Assembly (NCBI GenBank): GCA_965215005.1
Contig: CBDCCZ010000018.1
Location: 288,001-352,000, forward strand
DNA: 64,000 nt
Reading direction: 5' to 3'
Source: Kofleriaceae bacterium
GTDB lineage: Bacteria > Myxococcota_A > Polyangia > Haliangiales > Haliangiaceae
Both the position numbers and the translations under genes were made by a program. Below the pieces are notes generated by a model. It had not been told where the DNA came from. It searched no databases and saw only the letters and a program-made list of their open reading frames with translations. Below, piece after piece: positions 11,872 through 23,404 of this stretch. Position 1 is the stretch's first letter. Every line of letters starts with the position of its first letter.

Positions 11872-12801
11872 TCACACGAGCGCGCGCATCGGCACCGGCG
11901 TAAAGATCAGAATGAACACGAGCAGCATGAACAACGCCAGCCGTCGACGGCCTGGCGACAGCTGGGCCTGTCCCACCGGCGGGTGATAATCGCCCCCCGC
12001 CATTCGACGCATGATCAGCAGCAGCAGCGCCCACAAACACCACGGAACGGCTCCCCAGCTGGCATGCGAGAGAGCGCGGCCCCAGCCAAGGCCTGCATCG
12101 CGAGCCTCGATCATCAACGCGGCACCCACGATCGCCGCGATGCCCAGGAGAGCGCCGTGCAAAATCCCCGAGGTGCGCTCGTGGCGGCTGCCAAGCACCG
12201 CACAAGCGACATGCCCTCCGTCGAGCTGACCGATGGGTAATAGGTTGATGAAGGTGATGAGAATGCCCACCCATGCCGCAAACGCCATTGGATGGAGCTG
12301 CACATCGGTTCCATCGGCTGCCGGTAGATATCGGCCAAATGCCAGATACTTGAGCGCGATATAGGCGATGGAGTTTCCTTCGAGCACCGCGCCGGGCTCG
12401 GCAACCCCGCTGGTCGGCGAAAACCAAAGACCTACGATCAGAAGCGGCACGGCGACCACCAGGCCAGCAATCGGGCCTGCGGCGCCGACGTCGAGGAGCT
12501 TGTCGCGATCCTCGATCGGCGTGCGCATGCGGATGATGGCGCCCATGGTGCCGAGTGAGATCATCGGCGGCAGCGGGATGAAGTACGGCAGCGACGCATC
12601 CACGCCGTGATGGCGCGCGACGACGAAGTGACCCATCTCGTGACAAACGAGAATCGTCATCAAGGTGGCCGAGAACGCAGCTCCCGCCCACACGCCGCCG
12701 GGCGGATACGTAAGCCCAAACAGGAACGTGGTCACACACGAAGCAGCAAAGAGCAGCGCGTGGAGAAGGTACCGAGGGCGCTCGCGCGCGGAAGGCTGCA
12801 C
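11872..12801 (-). CDS. Site-2 protease (M50) intramembrane metalloprotease
   Basis: HEMGH, LPYFIP, GTMGA, AGPIAG, NLLPIGQLDGGH; start inferred at GTG 12801. Confidence 0.92.
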   Translation of the reverse strand: MQPSARERPRYLLHALLFAASCVTTFLFGLTYPPGGVWAGAAFSATLMTILVCHEMGHFVVARHHGVDASLPYFIPLPPMISLGTMGAIIRMRTPIEDRDKLLDVGAAGPIAGLVVAVPLLIVGLWFSPTSGVAEPGAVLEGNSIAYIALKYLAFGRYLPAADGTDVQLHPMAFAAWVGILITFINLLPIGQLDGGHVACAVLGSRHERTSGILHGALLGIAAIVGAALMIEARDAGLGWGRALSHASWGAVPWCLWALLLLIMRRMAGGDYHPPVGQAQLSPGRRRLALFMLLVFILIFTPVPMRALV

Positions 12802-12877
12802 GTCGATAGAGTAGCAATCCGCGCTGGCGTAGCGATAGCCGCCGCAGAGTCGTGGCGATAGAGAGCTCCGTGAGCCG

Positions 12878-14293
12878 CTAATACTCGTGTAGGACGAAGT
12901 CGCCGCGCTGCACTCGCAGGACCAGAACCTGCCGAAGCATCGCACCTCCCGCGGCAAATGCGGCCGGTCCGGCGGCGCCATCGCCGCGGACGCCGCGGAG
13001 GTGCCGCGCCAGCGCAACGCGCGGCTGAGCGTCACCGGCCGCCTCTTGGCGCGCTTGCAACACCATGCGGGTGGTGTCGAAGGTTTGCGCCACGGTAGCG
13101 CCGGGGACGACACCGGTGCGGTGGAGAAACGCCTGCGCGAAGGTTGCGGCCTGCTCGTTGGCAAACTGCTCGTTGTCCGAGCCCATCCACGTGTCGAGCA
13201 CCACGGCACCTTCCACGGCTGCACCGCCCCGGGTCGGTAGACTCGGATGGTGCCAGCCGGAGGAGCCCAAGAGCTGCACCGTCTGCGGCATCCGGCCGTG
13301 CTTGCGCCGCAGCCGCGAGAGGTCCATGAAGTCGCCGGTGCGCGGCTCGACGTTGAAGTAAGGCAAGTACGAGGCGATCAGCGCGGCGCGCTCGTAGCCA
13401 TCGGGGATGTAGAGAAGCTCGAACGGCACCTCGGGCGAAAAGGTCTTCCAGCCATTCTTGCCGGCGGTGCGCAGGTGGCGACGGAGACGCTCGTTGGTGT
13501 GCGGGTCGAGACCGAAGAAGGCTTTGAGCTCGCGCTCGAGGTTGGCGGCGGCGGGGTCGTAGCTGCCGCTTGCCACCAGCGGCAGGCCCGCCTCCCGCGC
13601 GGCGGCCGCGAACGCCGCGGCTTGCTCGGCGCCAAGCGCGTCTTTAGGCGCCAACACCGCGAGGCGATCGTAGCCGAGCTCGATGGCAACCTCGGCGGCG
13701 GCGCGTGCTTCGGCAGCGGGCGAAAGGAGGCCGTAAAATCGCCAGCTCGCCGTGGCAGCGGCGCCGGGATTGCTCGCTTCGCCGTGCAACAGGACGATGG
13801 GCACCCCCAGCTCGGCGGCGCGCTCGGCCGCCGCGGCGCCCTCTTGCTGCCCCACCGGACCGACGATGGCGATCGCGTGGTGCTCGAGCACAGCGGCATC
13901 GACCGCGGCGCGCGCTCGCTCTACCTCCCCGGCCGTATCGATGAACGTGAGCTGCGCCGAATCGCCCGCGGCGGCAAGCTCGATGGCGGCGCGCAGCGGC
14001 CGCCCGAGCGAGGCGTAGCGACCCGAGAGCGGTAGCAACACGGCGATGCGCGCCGGATCGACGGGCGCGACGGGCGCGACGGGCGCAGCGGGCGCAGCGG
14101 GCGTCGTCGCTGTAGCGCTGGCGGCGGCGTCCTGCGCCGCGGCAGCACCGACGTCCTCGAGGTCGGCCGGCGACGCGTGGCGTTGCTCGACGTGCTCGTA
14201 GCGCGGTGGGCGCGCCGGCCTGCCGCACGCGAGCACCAGCGCAGACGCGATCAGCAACGCGCCCCGCGCTCGCAGCTCAGGCGCCACGCGCAA
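12878..14293 (-). CDS. LpoA/LppC-like periplasmic-binding-fold lipoprotein (putative PBP activator)
   Basis: Lipobox VLAC, RIAVLLPLSG, AIVGP, FELLYIPD, QLLGSSGW. Confidence 0.75.
   Translation of the reverse strand: MRVAPELRARGALLIASALVLACGRPARPPRYEHVEQRHASPADLEDVGAAAAQDAAASATATTPAAPAAPVAPVAPVDPARIAVLLPLSGRYASLGRPLRAAIELAAAGDSAQLTFIDTAGEVERARAAVDAAVLEHHAIAIVGPVGQQEGAAAAERAAELGVPIVLLHGEASNPGAAATASWRFYGLLSPAAEARAAAEVAIELGYDRLAVLAPKDALGAEQAAAFAAAAREAGLPLVASGSYDPAAANLERELKAFFGLDPHTNERLRRHLRTAGKNGWKTFSPEVPFELLYIPDGYERAALIASYLPYFNVEPRTGDFMDLSRLRRKHGRMPQTVQLLGSSGWHHPSLPTRGGAAVEGAVVLDTWMGSDNEQFANEQAATFAQAFLHRTGVVPGATVAQTFDTTRMVLQARQEAAGDAQPRVALARHLRGVRGDGAAGPAAFAAGGAMLRQVLVLRVQRGDFVLHEY
14060..14104. 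repeat. 9-bp degenerate tandem repeat x5 encoding Pro-Ala-Val linker
   Basis: gacgggcgc x3, agcgggcgc, agcgggcgt. Confidence 0.8.
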
Positions 14294-14441
14294 ACGACTG
14301 CCCCATTCTGAACGCCGCTGCGTCCCGGCTGGCGACGTTGCTCATCGGTTGCGTAGGCCCACGACCCGCCCTCTTCGCGCCTCGCCATCCGGGCGCCTCC
14401 GCGGAGCCCACATGGCGGACCGGTCATTGTCGCGCGGCACC

Positions 14442-15382
14442 TCAGGCATCGAACAGCGAGCGCACCTTGTCCATGAAGCCCTTCTTCTGCGGATGCGCGA
14501 GGGCGCCGCCGCTTTCCTTGGCAAACTGCTCGAGCAGCTCGCGCTGCTTGGACGTGAGCCCGGTGGGCGTTTCTATTAGCACCCGCACGAGTTGGTCGCC
14601 TCGCACCGCGCTCTTGGACGCCGAGCGGGGGATGCCGCGGCCGCGAATGCGAAACACACGCCCTGACTGCGTGGCTTCGGGAATGCGCATCCGAACCCTG
14701 CCATCTACGGTGGGAATCTCGATCACCGCACCGAGCGCCGCCTGCGGAAATGTGATGGGCACTTCGCACCAAACGTCGTGACCTTCGCGGCGAAACACCG
14801 AGTGCTCCTTGATGCGGACGATCACGTGCAAATCGCCCGGCTGGGCGCCGCCGCGGCCGCCCTCGCCTTCGCCTTTGAGCATCTTGACCGCGCCCTCTTT
14901 GGTGCCCGGCGGGATGTTGACGGTGAACTCGCGCTCCTGCCGCGGCGCGCTGCCCTCTTCACCGCTCGGGTCGGGAATGCGGATGGTTTTCTTGCAGCCA
15001 AACGCGGCCTCTTCGAACGCCAGCTCGAGGGTGTAACGTAGATCGCGACCGCGCTTTTTCTGCCGCCGCCGCCGCAAGATATCGCCGACGAGCTCGTCGA
15101 AGGCATCGACCACCGAACCAAACCCGCCGGCAACGTCGCCTTGATCGACTCCGGTGAACCCGTAGCGGTCGTAGCGAGCGCGGGTCTTGGCGTTGGAGAG
15201 GACCGCGTAGGCCTCGTTGGCCTCCTTGAATCGCATCTCTGCCAGGTCGTTGTCGGGGTTGATGTCGGGATGGTACTTGCGCGCCATCTCGCGAAAGGCG
15301 CGCTTGAGGTCCGCCTCTTCGGCCTCGCGGCTCACGCCGAGAACCTCGTAGTAGTCCCGTTTCCGGCTTCGGGTGGTTGCGC

Positions 15383-15386
<4 letters not shown>
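14442..15386 (-). CDS. dnaJ: DnaJ-family co-chaperone, class B (no zinc finger)
   Basis: [13 protein letters not shown] motif, DnaJ C-terminal domain (GDLHV, QAALG); no CxxCxGxG repeats. Confidence 0.92.
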
Positions 15387-17248
<1,862 letters not shown>

Positions 17249-17250
17249 CG

Positions 17251-17276
17251 CTAGCTCCTGCTCCGGGAGGAGCTAG
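17251..17276 (-). promoter_or_regulatory. 9-bp stem-loop sequestering the dnaK Shine-Dalgarno (AGGAG)
   Basis: Minus strand reads CTAGCTCCT-cccggagc-AGGAGCTAG-cg-GTG. Confidence 0.55.
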
Positions 17277-17421
17277 TCACGCGCGACGTCAGGCCGCACC
17301 ACGCTATCGCGATGCTCCCCGGTCGCCACGCCACCCGCGACTCACGAAAATCCTCGTGAGCCGCGCGATGCCGCCGGCGCTTGCCTGCGCTCGTTGCCGT
17401 CCTCATGAAACCTGCCCGCGC

Positions 17422-18156
17422 CTACGCGTTGCCGTTGCCTCCCTCGGCGGACCGCTCCCCGCTGTCAGCACCATTGGCCGATGGCGGCGGGGCCGCGGGC
17501 GCCTTGGCGACGATGACCAGCGCCGGCCGCAATAGCCGCTCGCCGATTTTGTAGCCGCGTTGCAGCTGCTGCACCACCACGCCGGGCGCATGCTCCGCGC
17601 TTTCCTGCTGGCCGATGGCCTCATGGACGTTGGGATCGAAGGGCTTGCCCGCCGCGTCCACCGCAAACACGTTGCACTTCTCGAGCGCTTGCTCGAACTG
17701 GCGAAGCACCAGCCGCACGCCCTCGATAAGGGCATTGGCCTCGGGGTCCTCGGCGTGCCCCTGCTGCTCGGCGTGTTGGACCGCGCGCTCGAGATTGTCG
17801 ATGACCGGCAGCATCTCGCGCAGCACCGAGCCCCGCGCTTCGACGCGGGCATCGTCGAGCTCGCGGCGGGTTCGCTTGCGCAGGTTTTCCATATCGGCGG
17901 TGGCGCGTAGCACGCGTTCCCAGTGCTCTTGCTTCTCGCGCTCGACCGTCGCCAGCGTTTGCTGGAGCTCAACCAGTCGCGCGCTGTCGTCGGCGGGCTC
18001 GGCCTTGGCGGGCGGCTCGGTCTCGACCTCAATCGCGACGTCGCCGTCCTCCGGCGATGCTTGGCTTGCGGAGTCGGTGGCCTCGGCGATATCTGGGGCC
18101 TCGACGCGGTTGTCATCGACGGGATGGGATTGCCCGTTGGTCGACTTTTCGCTCAT
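17422..18156 (-). CDS. grpE: Nucleotide exchange factor GrpE
   Basis: [44 protein letters not shown]. Confidence 0.97.
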   Translation of the reverse strand: MSEKSTNGQSHPVDDNRVEAPDIAEATDSASQASPEDGDVAIEVETEPPAKAEPADDSARLVELQQTLATVEREKQEHWERVLRATADMENLRKRTRRELDDARVEARGSVLREMLPVIDNLERAVQHAEQQGHAEDPEANALIEGVRLVLRQFEQALEKCNVFAVDAAGKPFDPNVHEAIGQQESAEHAPGVVVQQLQRGYKIGERLLRPALVIVAKAPAAPPPSANGADSGERSAEGGNGNA

Positions 18157-18217
18157 TTGCTTAGAGATTACACGAAAGGCCGCCAGAGGCGCGCGGCGGT
18201 GCCCGGACTTCGCGCGC

Positions 18218-19288
18218 CTACAGCTCGCCCATGATCCGCGACACCAGATCGGCGGTAAAATCGACCACCGACATGACCTTGCCGTAGTTCATTCGCATCG
18301 GGCCAATCACCGCAACGGCGCCGATGGGACGGTCATCGGGACCATAAGGCATCGACACCACGGACGACTCGCCGAGAGGCCCAAAGGCGGTTTCGGGGCC
18401 CAGCAGAACCTGAATCCCCGAGGCGCCGAGGGTACGGTCGAGGAGCCGCACCAGCACTTCTTTGTCCTCGAGCGCCGCCAGCAGCTCGCGCATGCGTTCG
18501 AAGTGCTCGCGTTCGCCCGCCCGGCTCGAATCGAGGAGGTTTGCCCCGCCGGTGACGATGATTTCGGCATCGCGCGTGGTCGCGTCGAGCGCCAGCTTAC
18601 TGAGCCGAAGCGCCTCGGAAACCAGCGAGTCGTAGCGATTCTTCTGCTCGCCGAGCTCACGCAGCACCCGCTCACGCACCTCGCTCAGAGTCAGACCGCC
18701 GAGCAGCTCATTGAGATAGTTGTGGATGCGCTCGAGGCGACTGTCATCGATGCCGAGCTCCGCAGCAACCAGCTTGTTCTCAATGGTTCCCTCGCTGGTG
18801 ACCAGGATGGCCAGCAGCTTGCCGCCGTGCAGCGGCACGAACTCGATGTGTTGAAAGCGCTGCAGCTCCGGGCGAGGCGCCAGGACCACCCCGGCGTGCG
18901 AGGTAACGTGCGACAGCATGCGCGAGGTGCGCGGGATGATGGCGTCGAGGTCGAGCGACTCGATGCCGCAGCGGGATCGAATCTCCTCTTTCTCGCGCGG
19001 CGTCAGGCTGCGAATTTTGAGCAGCGAGTCGATGAAGAAGCGCAGCCCGCTATCGGTTGGCACTCGCCCGGCGGAGGTGTGCGGCTGCTCGAGAAGACCG
19101 AGGTCTTCGAGGTCCGCCATCACGTTGCGAACGGTCGCCGGAGATAGGTCGATCTGGTGCTTACGAGTCACGGTGCGCGAGCCAACCGCCTGGCCGCTCT
19201 GCAGATACTCGGAGACCACCGCGGCGAGAATCTTGCGTGCACGACGGTTGAGCGCACCACTCATGGCTTGGCTGGAGTCAGACGGCAT
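18218..19288 (-). CDS. hrcA: Heat-inducible repressor HrcA
   Basis: [38 protein letters not shown]. Confidence 0.97.
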   Translation of the reverse strand: MPSDSSQAMSGALNRRARKILAAVVSEYLQSGQAVGSRTVTRKHQIDLSPATVRNVMADLEDLGLLEQPHTSAGRVPTDSGLRFFIDSLLKIRSLTPREKEEIRSRCGIESLDLDAIIPRTSRMLSHVTSHAGVVLAPRPELQRFQHIEFVPLHGGKLLAILVTSEGTIENKLVAAELGIDDSRLERIHNYLNELLGGLTLSEVRERVLRELGEQKNRYDSLVSEALRLSKLALDATTRDAEIIVTGGANLLDSSRAGEREHFERMRELLAALEDKEVLVRLLDRTLGASGIQVLLGPETAFGPLGESSVVSMPYGPDDRPIGAVAVIGPMRMNYGKVMSVVDFTADLVSRIMGEL

Positions 19289-19306
19289 ACGGCGTAACTT
19301 CAGAGT

Positions 19307-20428
19307 TTAGCGTGCCGCGCTCGCAACGCGCGTGGCGATTGCATCGGCGCACAAAAAGCCGCGCAAGGTCGGGCGCAAACGGCCGGATCGAGGCTCGGCG
19401 AGGCCCGCTGCGAGCAACGCATCGGCCAACCCTGGAAAGGTGCGCAAACGCTGCAGGGCGACGCCATCGCTGGTGCGCATCCCGAGCCACACCCGATCTT
19501 CGGCGTATTCTCGAGGAGTTACGATGATTTCCTCGGCGACTGCATGATCTGGGTCTCGCAGATAGGAAGCCGTCGACCGCGCGTTGGTCCAGCGCCGACC
19601 GCCACCGTCGGTGGTGCGAACGAATGATGCAGCGCCGCACCCGAGGCCGAGATATTCGGCGCCGGTCCAATACAGCGAGTTGTGCACCGCGCGATGACCT
19701 GGGCGTGCGTAGGACGAGATCTCATAGTGCTCATAGCCGCGCGCGCTCAGGAGATGATGGGTGCGCTCGTAGAGGTCGGCGAGCTCGTCGGGATCGCGCA
19801 CCGCGAGCTCGCCGCGCGCCGCGCGCTTGCCGAATACGGTGCGCTCTTCGATGGTTAGCTCGTAGACCGATAGGTGCGGAGCGTCGCTGTCGGCGGCGCG
19901 CTCGACGCTCTCGACCGTGGAACCCGAGCCGGGCGCGCCGAGGATCAAGTCGGCCGACAGAGACTGAAAACCGGCCGCAAGCGCCGCGGTGAGCGCGCGG
20001 GCGCCATCACCCATGCGATGATCGCGGCCCAGTGCCACGAGCTCGCCGGCATCATAGGACTGCACGCCGATCGAAAGGCGATTGACCCCCGCCTGCAACC
20101 ACGCCTGCATATTTGCCGGAGTGCAGTCGGTTGGGTTGGCCTCGAGCGTGACCTCACGCGGCACACCGGCAAATCGGGCTCGGACTGCCGCGATGACCTC
20201 GGCGATGCACTCGGGCGCCCACAGCGAGGGCGTGCCGCCGCCGAAATAGATCGAGACCAGCTGCCGGCCCTCGAGCAGCGGCGCCCGCGTCTCGAGCTCT
20301 CGCAGCACCGCATCGCGATAGCGGGTATGCGCGATCGCGCCTTCCGGGGCGACGGTCACCGCAAAGTCGCAGTAAGGACACAGGTTGCGACAATATGGAA
20401 AATGGATATAAACGCCGAATTGCCGCAC
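19307..20428 (-). CDS. hemW: Radical SAM heme chaperone HemW
   Basis: YIHFPYCRNLCPYCDF, YFGGGTPS, TLEANP, YEISSYA, HNSLYW; start GTG 20428. Confidence 0.93.
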   Translation of the reverse strand: MRQFGVYIHFPYCRNLCPYCDFAVTVAPEGAIAHTRYRDAVLRELETRAPLLEGRQLVSIYFGGGTPSLWAPECIAEVIAAVRARFAGVPREVTLEANPTDCTPANMQAWLQAGVNRLSIGVQSYDAGELVALGRDHRMGDGARALTAALAAGFQSLSADLILGAPGSGSTVESVERAADSDAPHLSVYELTIEERTVFGKRAARGELAVRDPDELADLYERTHHLLSARGYEHYEISSYARPGHRAVHNSLYWTGAEYLGLGCGAASFVRTTDGGGRRWTNARSTASYLRDPDHAVAEEIIVTPREYAEDRVWLGMRTSDGVALQRLRTFPGLADALLAAGLAEPRSGRLRPTLRGFLCADAIATRVASAAR

Positions 20429-20440
20429 GTCTGAGCACCG

Positions 20441-21595
20441 TTGACCGAGAACCGCTACATATACCTCGATAACGCCGCCACCACCCGGCTCGCGGCCCCC
20501 GTCGCCGAGTGCATGCACCGCTGCGCCATGCACGAATTCGCCAATCCTGCCTCGCTGCATCACGCGGGTATCGCGGCGGAGCGACGCGTGAAGGGCGCGC
20601 GCGAGCAACTGCTGGCGGCGATTGGCGACGCTGGCGGAACACGTGGCGAGCTGATTTGGACCTCGGGCGGCACGGAAGCCGACGCGCTGGGCATCCTCGG
20701 TGGCGGCCGCGCCAACGCGGCGCGCGGTCGCCACGCGCTGGTTGCCGTAAGTGCGCATCCTGCGGTGCGTGAAAACGCCAAGCTGCTTGCGCGCGAAGGC
20801 TGGGAGGTGGAGACGCTGCCGGTGGATGACATGGGCCGCCTGGACCCGCAGCAAGTGGCCGCGGCGGTGCGAGCTGACACCACGCTGCTCGCGCTGATGC
20901 TCGTCAACAATGAGCTCGGCACGATTGATGATGTCGCCGCCATCGCGCACGCGGCTCGGCAGCGAGCCAAGGCGCTTCACGTGCACTGCGATGCGGTGCA
21001 GGCACTCGGCAAGGTCGAGCTTGACGTGGCGAGCTTGGGCGTCGACTCGCTGGCGCTTGCTGCGCACAAGCTGCACGGGCCGAAAGGCGTAGGCGCGCTG
21101 TGGAAGGCGGCTAGCGCGCGGCTCGTGCCGCTGTGGGGCGGCGGCGGGCAACAGCGGCAGGGGCGCGCGGGCACCCTCAATGTGCCCGGCATCGCCGGCT
21201 TTGGCGTCGCTGCCGAGCTCGCGGTGAGCGAGCGCTCAGAGTTGCAAGAACGGTGGCGGGGCTTCGCTGCAGTATTGGCGGCGGCGGCGGCCGAGTCAGC
21301 AGTCGAGCACCGCGAAAATGCCGCGCATGGGCCGCGTGCAGCGCATATCGTGAGCCTGTCGTTTCGTGGCGTTCCTGCCGAGCCGCTGCTGCATGTCCTG
21401 GAAAGCCGCGGCGTGCTCGTGTCTGCTGGCTCAGCGTGCGCCTCGCGCTCGCGCTCCCCTTCGCCAGTGCTCCAGGCGATCGGCGTCGGGCCCGAATGGG
21501 GCACCTTGCGCTTCTCCTTTGGCCGCGAGACCACCTCTTCAGACGTTTCACGCGCCGCTCGGATCTTGATTGATGCCATTGCAGACTTCCGCTGA
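20441..21595 (+). CDS. Cysteine desulfurase (IscS/NifS family)
   Basis: YLDNAATT, TSGGTEA, HCDAVQ, AHKLHGPKG, SAGSAC. Confidence 0.93.
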   Translation: MTENRYIYLDNAATTRLAAPVAECMHRCAMHEFANPASLHHAGIAAERRVKGAREQLLAAIGDAGGTRGELIWTSGGTEADALGILGGGRANAARGRHALVAVSAHPAVRENAKLLAREGWEVETLPVDDMGRLDPQQVAAAVRADTTLLALMLVNNELGTIDDVAAIAHAARQRAKALHVHCDAVQALGKVELDVASLGVDSLALAAHKLHGPKGVGALWKAASARLVPLWGGGGQQRQGRAGTLNVPGIAGFGVAAELAVSERSELQERWRGFAAVLAAAAAESAVEHRENAAHGPRAAHIVSLSFRGVPAEPLLHVLESRGVLVSAGSACASRSRSPSPVLQAIGVGPEWGTLRFSFGRETTSSDVSRAARILIDAIADFR

Positions 21596-21754
21596 CCAAC
21601 CGACCTCATCCTGTTGCGCGTGTCCGAGATCTTCCTCACGCGAGACCACCTCTTCAAACATTTCACGCGCCGCCCGGACCTCGATTGATGCCATTGCAGA
21701 CTTCCGCTGAACCAACCGACCTCATCCTGTTGCGCGTATCCGAGATCTTTCTCA
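21524..21754. repeat. Diverged ~115-bp tandem duplication of the desulfurase 3'/thiI 5' junction
   Basis: Copy 1 at 21524-21638, copy 2 at 21639-21754; 7 substitutions and a 1-nt indel by manual alignment. Confidence 0.95.
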
Positions 21755-22872
21755 AAGGAAGAAATCGCCGCAGCTTCTTTCAAGCACTCGTGCGAAACGC
21801 GCGGCGGCTGGTGAGCGACCTCGACGGCGTGAGCGTGCACGCGCGCTACATGCGCGTGGCCGTCGAGCATCCCCCTGCGTTGCGCCAGGCGTGCCTCGAC
21901 CGCCTCGCGCGAGTGTTTGGCATGGCGTCCATGTCTCCCGCCGTGCGCGTCGAGCCCAGCGTCGAAGCCATCGCAAGCGCGGCCGTCGAGCAAGCGCACG
22001 CCCTTACAGAGGGCAGTTTCAAAGTTGAGTCCAAACGACGCGACAAGCGGTTTCCGCTTACCTCGCAAGAGCTTTCACGGCAAGTCGGAACCGCAGTCGC
22101 TTTGGCCACTGAGCGCCCCGTCGACGTGCACCACCCTAACCACGTTCTGCGCATCGAGGTCGGCGATGAAGACGCCTACGTCTTCTCCCGCGTCATCGAA
22201 GGTCCGAGCGGCTTGCCCGTAGGCACCGCTGGCAATGTCACTTTGCTACTCTCCGGCGGCATCGACTCGCCCGTTGCGGGCTGGTCTGCTATGCGCCGCG
22301 GTTGTCGATTGAACGCTGTCTACTTTCACTCGTTTCCGTACACCGGCGATAAGACTAAAGAGAAAGTCCTCGATCTAGCCAGAATCCTGGCCCCATGGCA
22401 GGGCCGCCTCGCCGTGCATATCGTTCATTTCACCGACGTGCAAAAGCAGCTCCGCGCTGCCGCCCGCCCCGACCTCGCCGTGCTCATGTATCGCCGCATG
22501 ATGATGCGCGTCGCCAGCCGCATCGCCGCCCGCGAGCACTGCCTCGCCCTCATCACCGGCGACAACCTCGGCCAAGTCGCCTCCCAAACCCTCGAAAACC
22601 TCCGCGTCGTCGAAGACGCCGCCACCCTGCCCGTCCTCCGCCCCCTCCTCACCTTCGACAAGCTCGACATCATCGCCCGCGCCCGCGCCATCGGCACCTT
22701 CGACACCTCCACCCTCCCCTACGAAGACTGCTGCTCCCTCTTCGTCCCCAAACACCCTGCCACCCGTGCCCGCATCCGCGACCTCACCCGCGCCGAAGCC
22801 GGCCTCGACCTCGAAACCCTCACCACCACCCTCACCGACTCCACCGAGCGCATCATCCTCGGCGACAGCTAA
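21688..22872 (+). CDS. thiI: tRNA 4-thiouridine synthase ThiI, no rhodanese domain
   Basis: EIFLKGRNR, THUMP region, LLSGGIDSPVA, GDNLGQVASQT, PYEDCC. Confidence 0.96.
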   Translation: MPLQTSAEPTDLILLRVSEIFLKGRNRRSFFQALVRNARRLVSDLDGVSVHARYMRVAVEHPPALRQACLDRLARVFGMASMSPAVRVEPSVEAIASAAVEQAHALTEGSFKVESKRRDKRFPLTSQELSRQVGTAVALATERPVDVHHPNHVLRIEVGDEDAYVFSRVIEGPSGLPVGTAGNVTLLLSGGIDSPVAGWSAMRRGCRLNAVYFHSFPYTGDKTKEKVLDLARILAPWQGRLAVHIVHFTDVQKQLRAAARPDLAVLMYRRMMMRVASRIAAREHCLALITGDNLGQVASQTLENLRVVEDAATLPVLRPLLTFDKLDIIARARAIGTFDTSTLPYEDCCSLFVPKHPATRARIRDLTRAEAGLDLETLTTTLTDSTERIILGDS

Positions 22873-23200
22873 CGCGGCGCAGGAACCCTTCCCGCAGCCT
22901 CCCTCGAGCATCGCCGTTGCGCTCGGTCGCGCAATCCCGCTCCCAGCCCCCGCCTACGAGCTTCACCAGCGCCCCCGTCCCCTCACTCGCCGCGAATCAA
23001 CAAGCGCCCACTGTTCGTCACCAGCGCACAATCCTCATCTCCACTACAAACCTGCACTCGCTGCAACCCCTCGGCCCCATCCTTTCCAACCGCCCCCGTA
23101 ACTAAGCCCTGCCCCCACCGTCGCGCCCATCACGGGCGCTAATCGCCTCGCCGCAGTGCCGTCGATCCCCACGGCGGGGGACGCGTACGCACAGGGATCC

Positions 23201-23404
23201 TCACGGGCGGAGCGCGGCGTAATGGGCCGCCACCTCGGCGGGGGACCATTCGTGGTTGTAGACGTTGACCTCGTCGATGTCGCCCAGGAAGTAACCCGAG
23301 CTCGAGTAGCGGCCCACCGTGACCTCGTGCTCCCCGCGGGCGATCGGCAGGGACGGTGTTTCCTGTTCGCCGACCAACGTCCCGTCGATGTAGAGACGAA
23401 TCAC
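23201..23404 (-). pseudogene. C-terminal fragment of a LamG/concanavalin A-like domain
   Basis: RLYIDG...VGR...FLGDIDEVNVYN...SPAEVAAHY is the typical LamG tail; upstream part of the domain is absent. Confidence 0.65.

Noticed and set aside
17615..19147. 510-aa plus-strand ORF
   Set aside because: Antisense shadow of grpE/hrcA with no recognisable motifs; typical of GC-rich DNA
17249..20440. CIRCE operator for HrcA
   Set aside because: No TTAGCACTC-N9-GAGTGCTAA seen by eye in the intergenic segments of the heat-shock cluster
19307..21151. 614-aa HemW with long N-terminal extension
   Set aside because: Extension is antisense to the desulfurase; similar over-long starts were trimmed for the site-2 protease, ilvA, gpsA, mvaA, hpnC, PilZ and rubrerythrin
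22375..23105. Gly/Glu-rich minus ORF and Pro/Arg-rich plus ORF
   Set aside because: By-products of the C-skewed thiI 3' end
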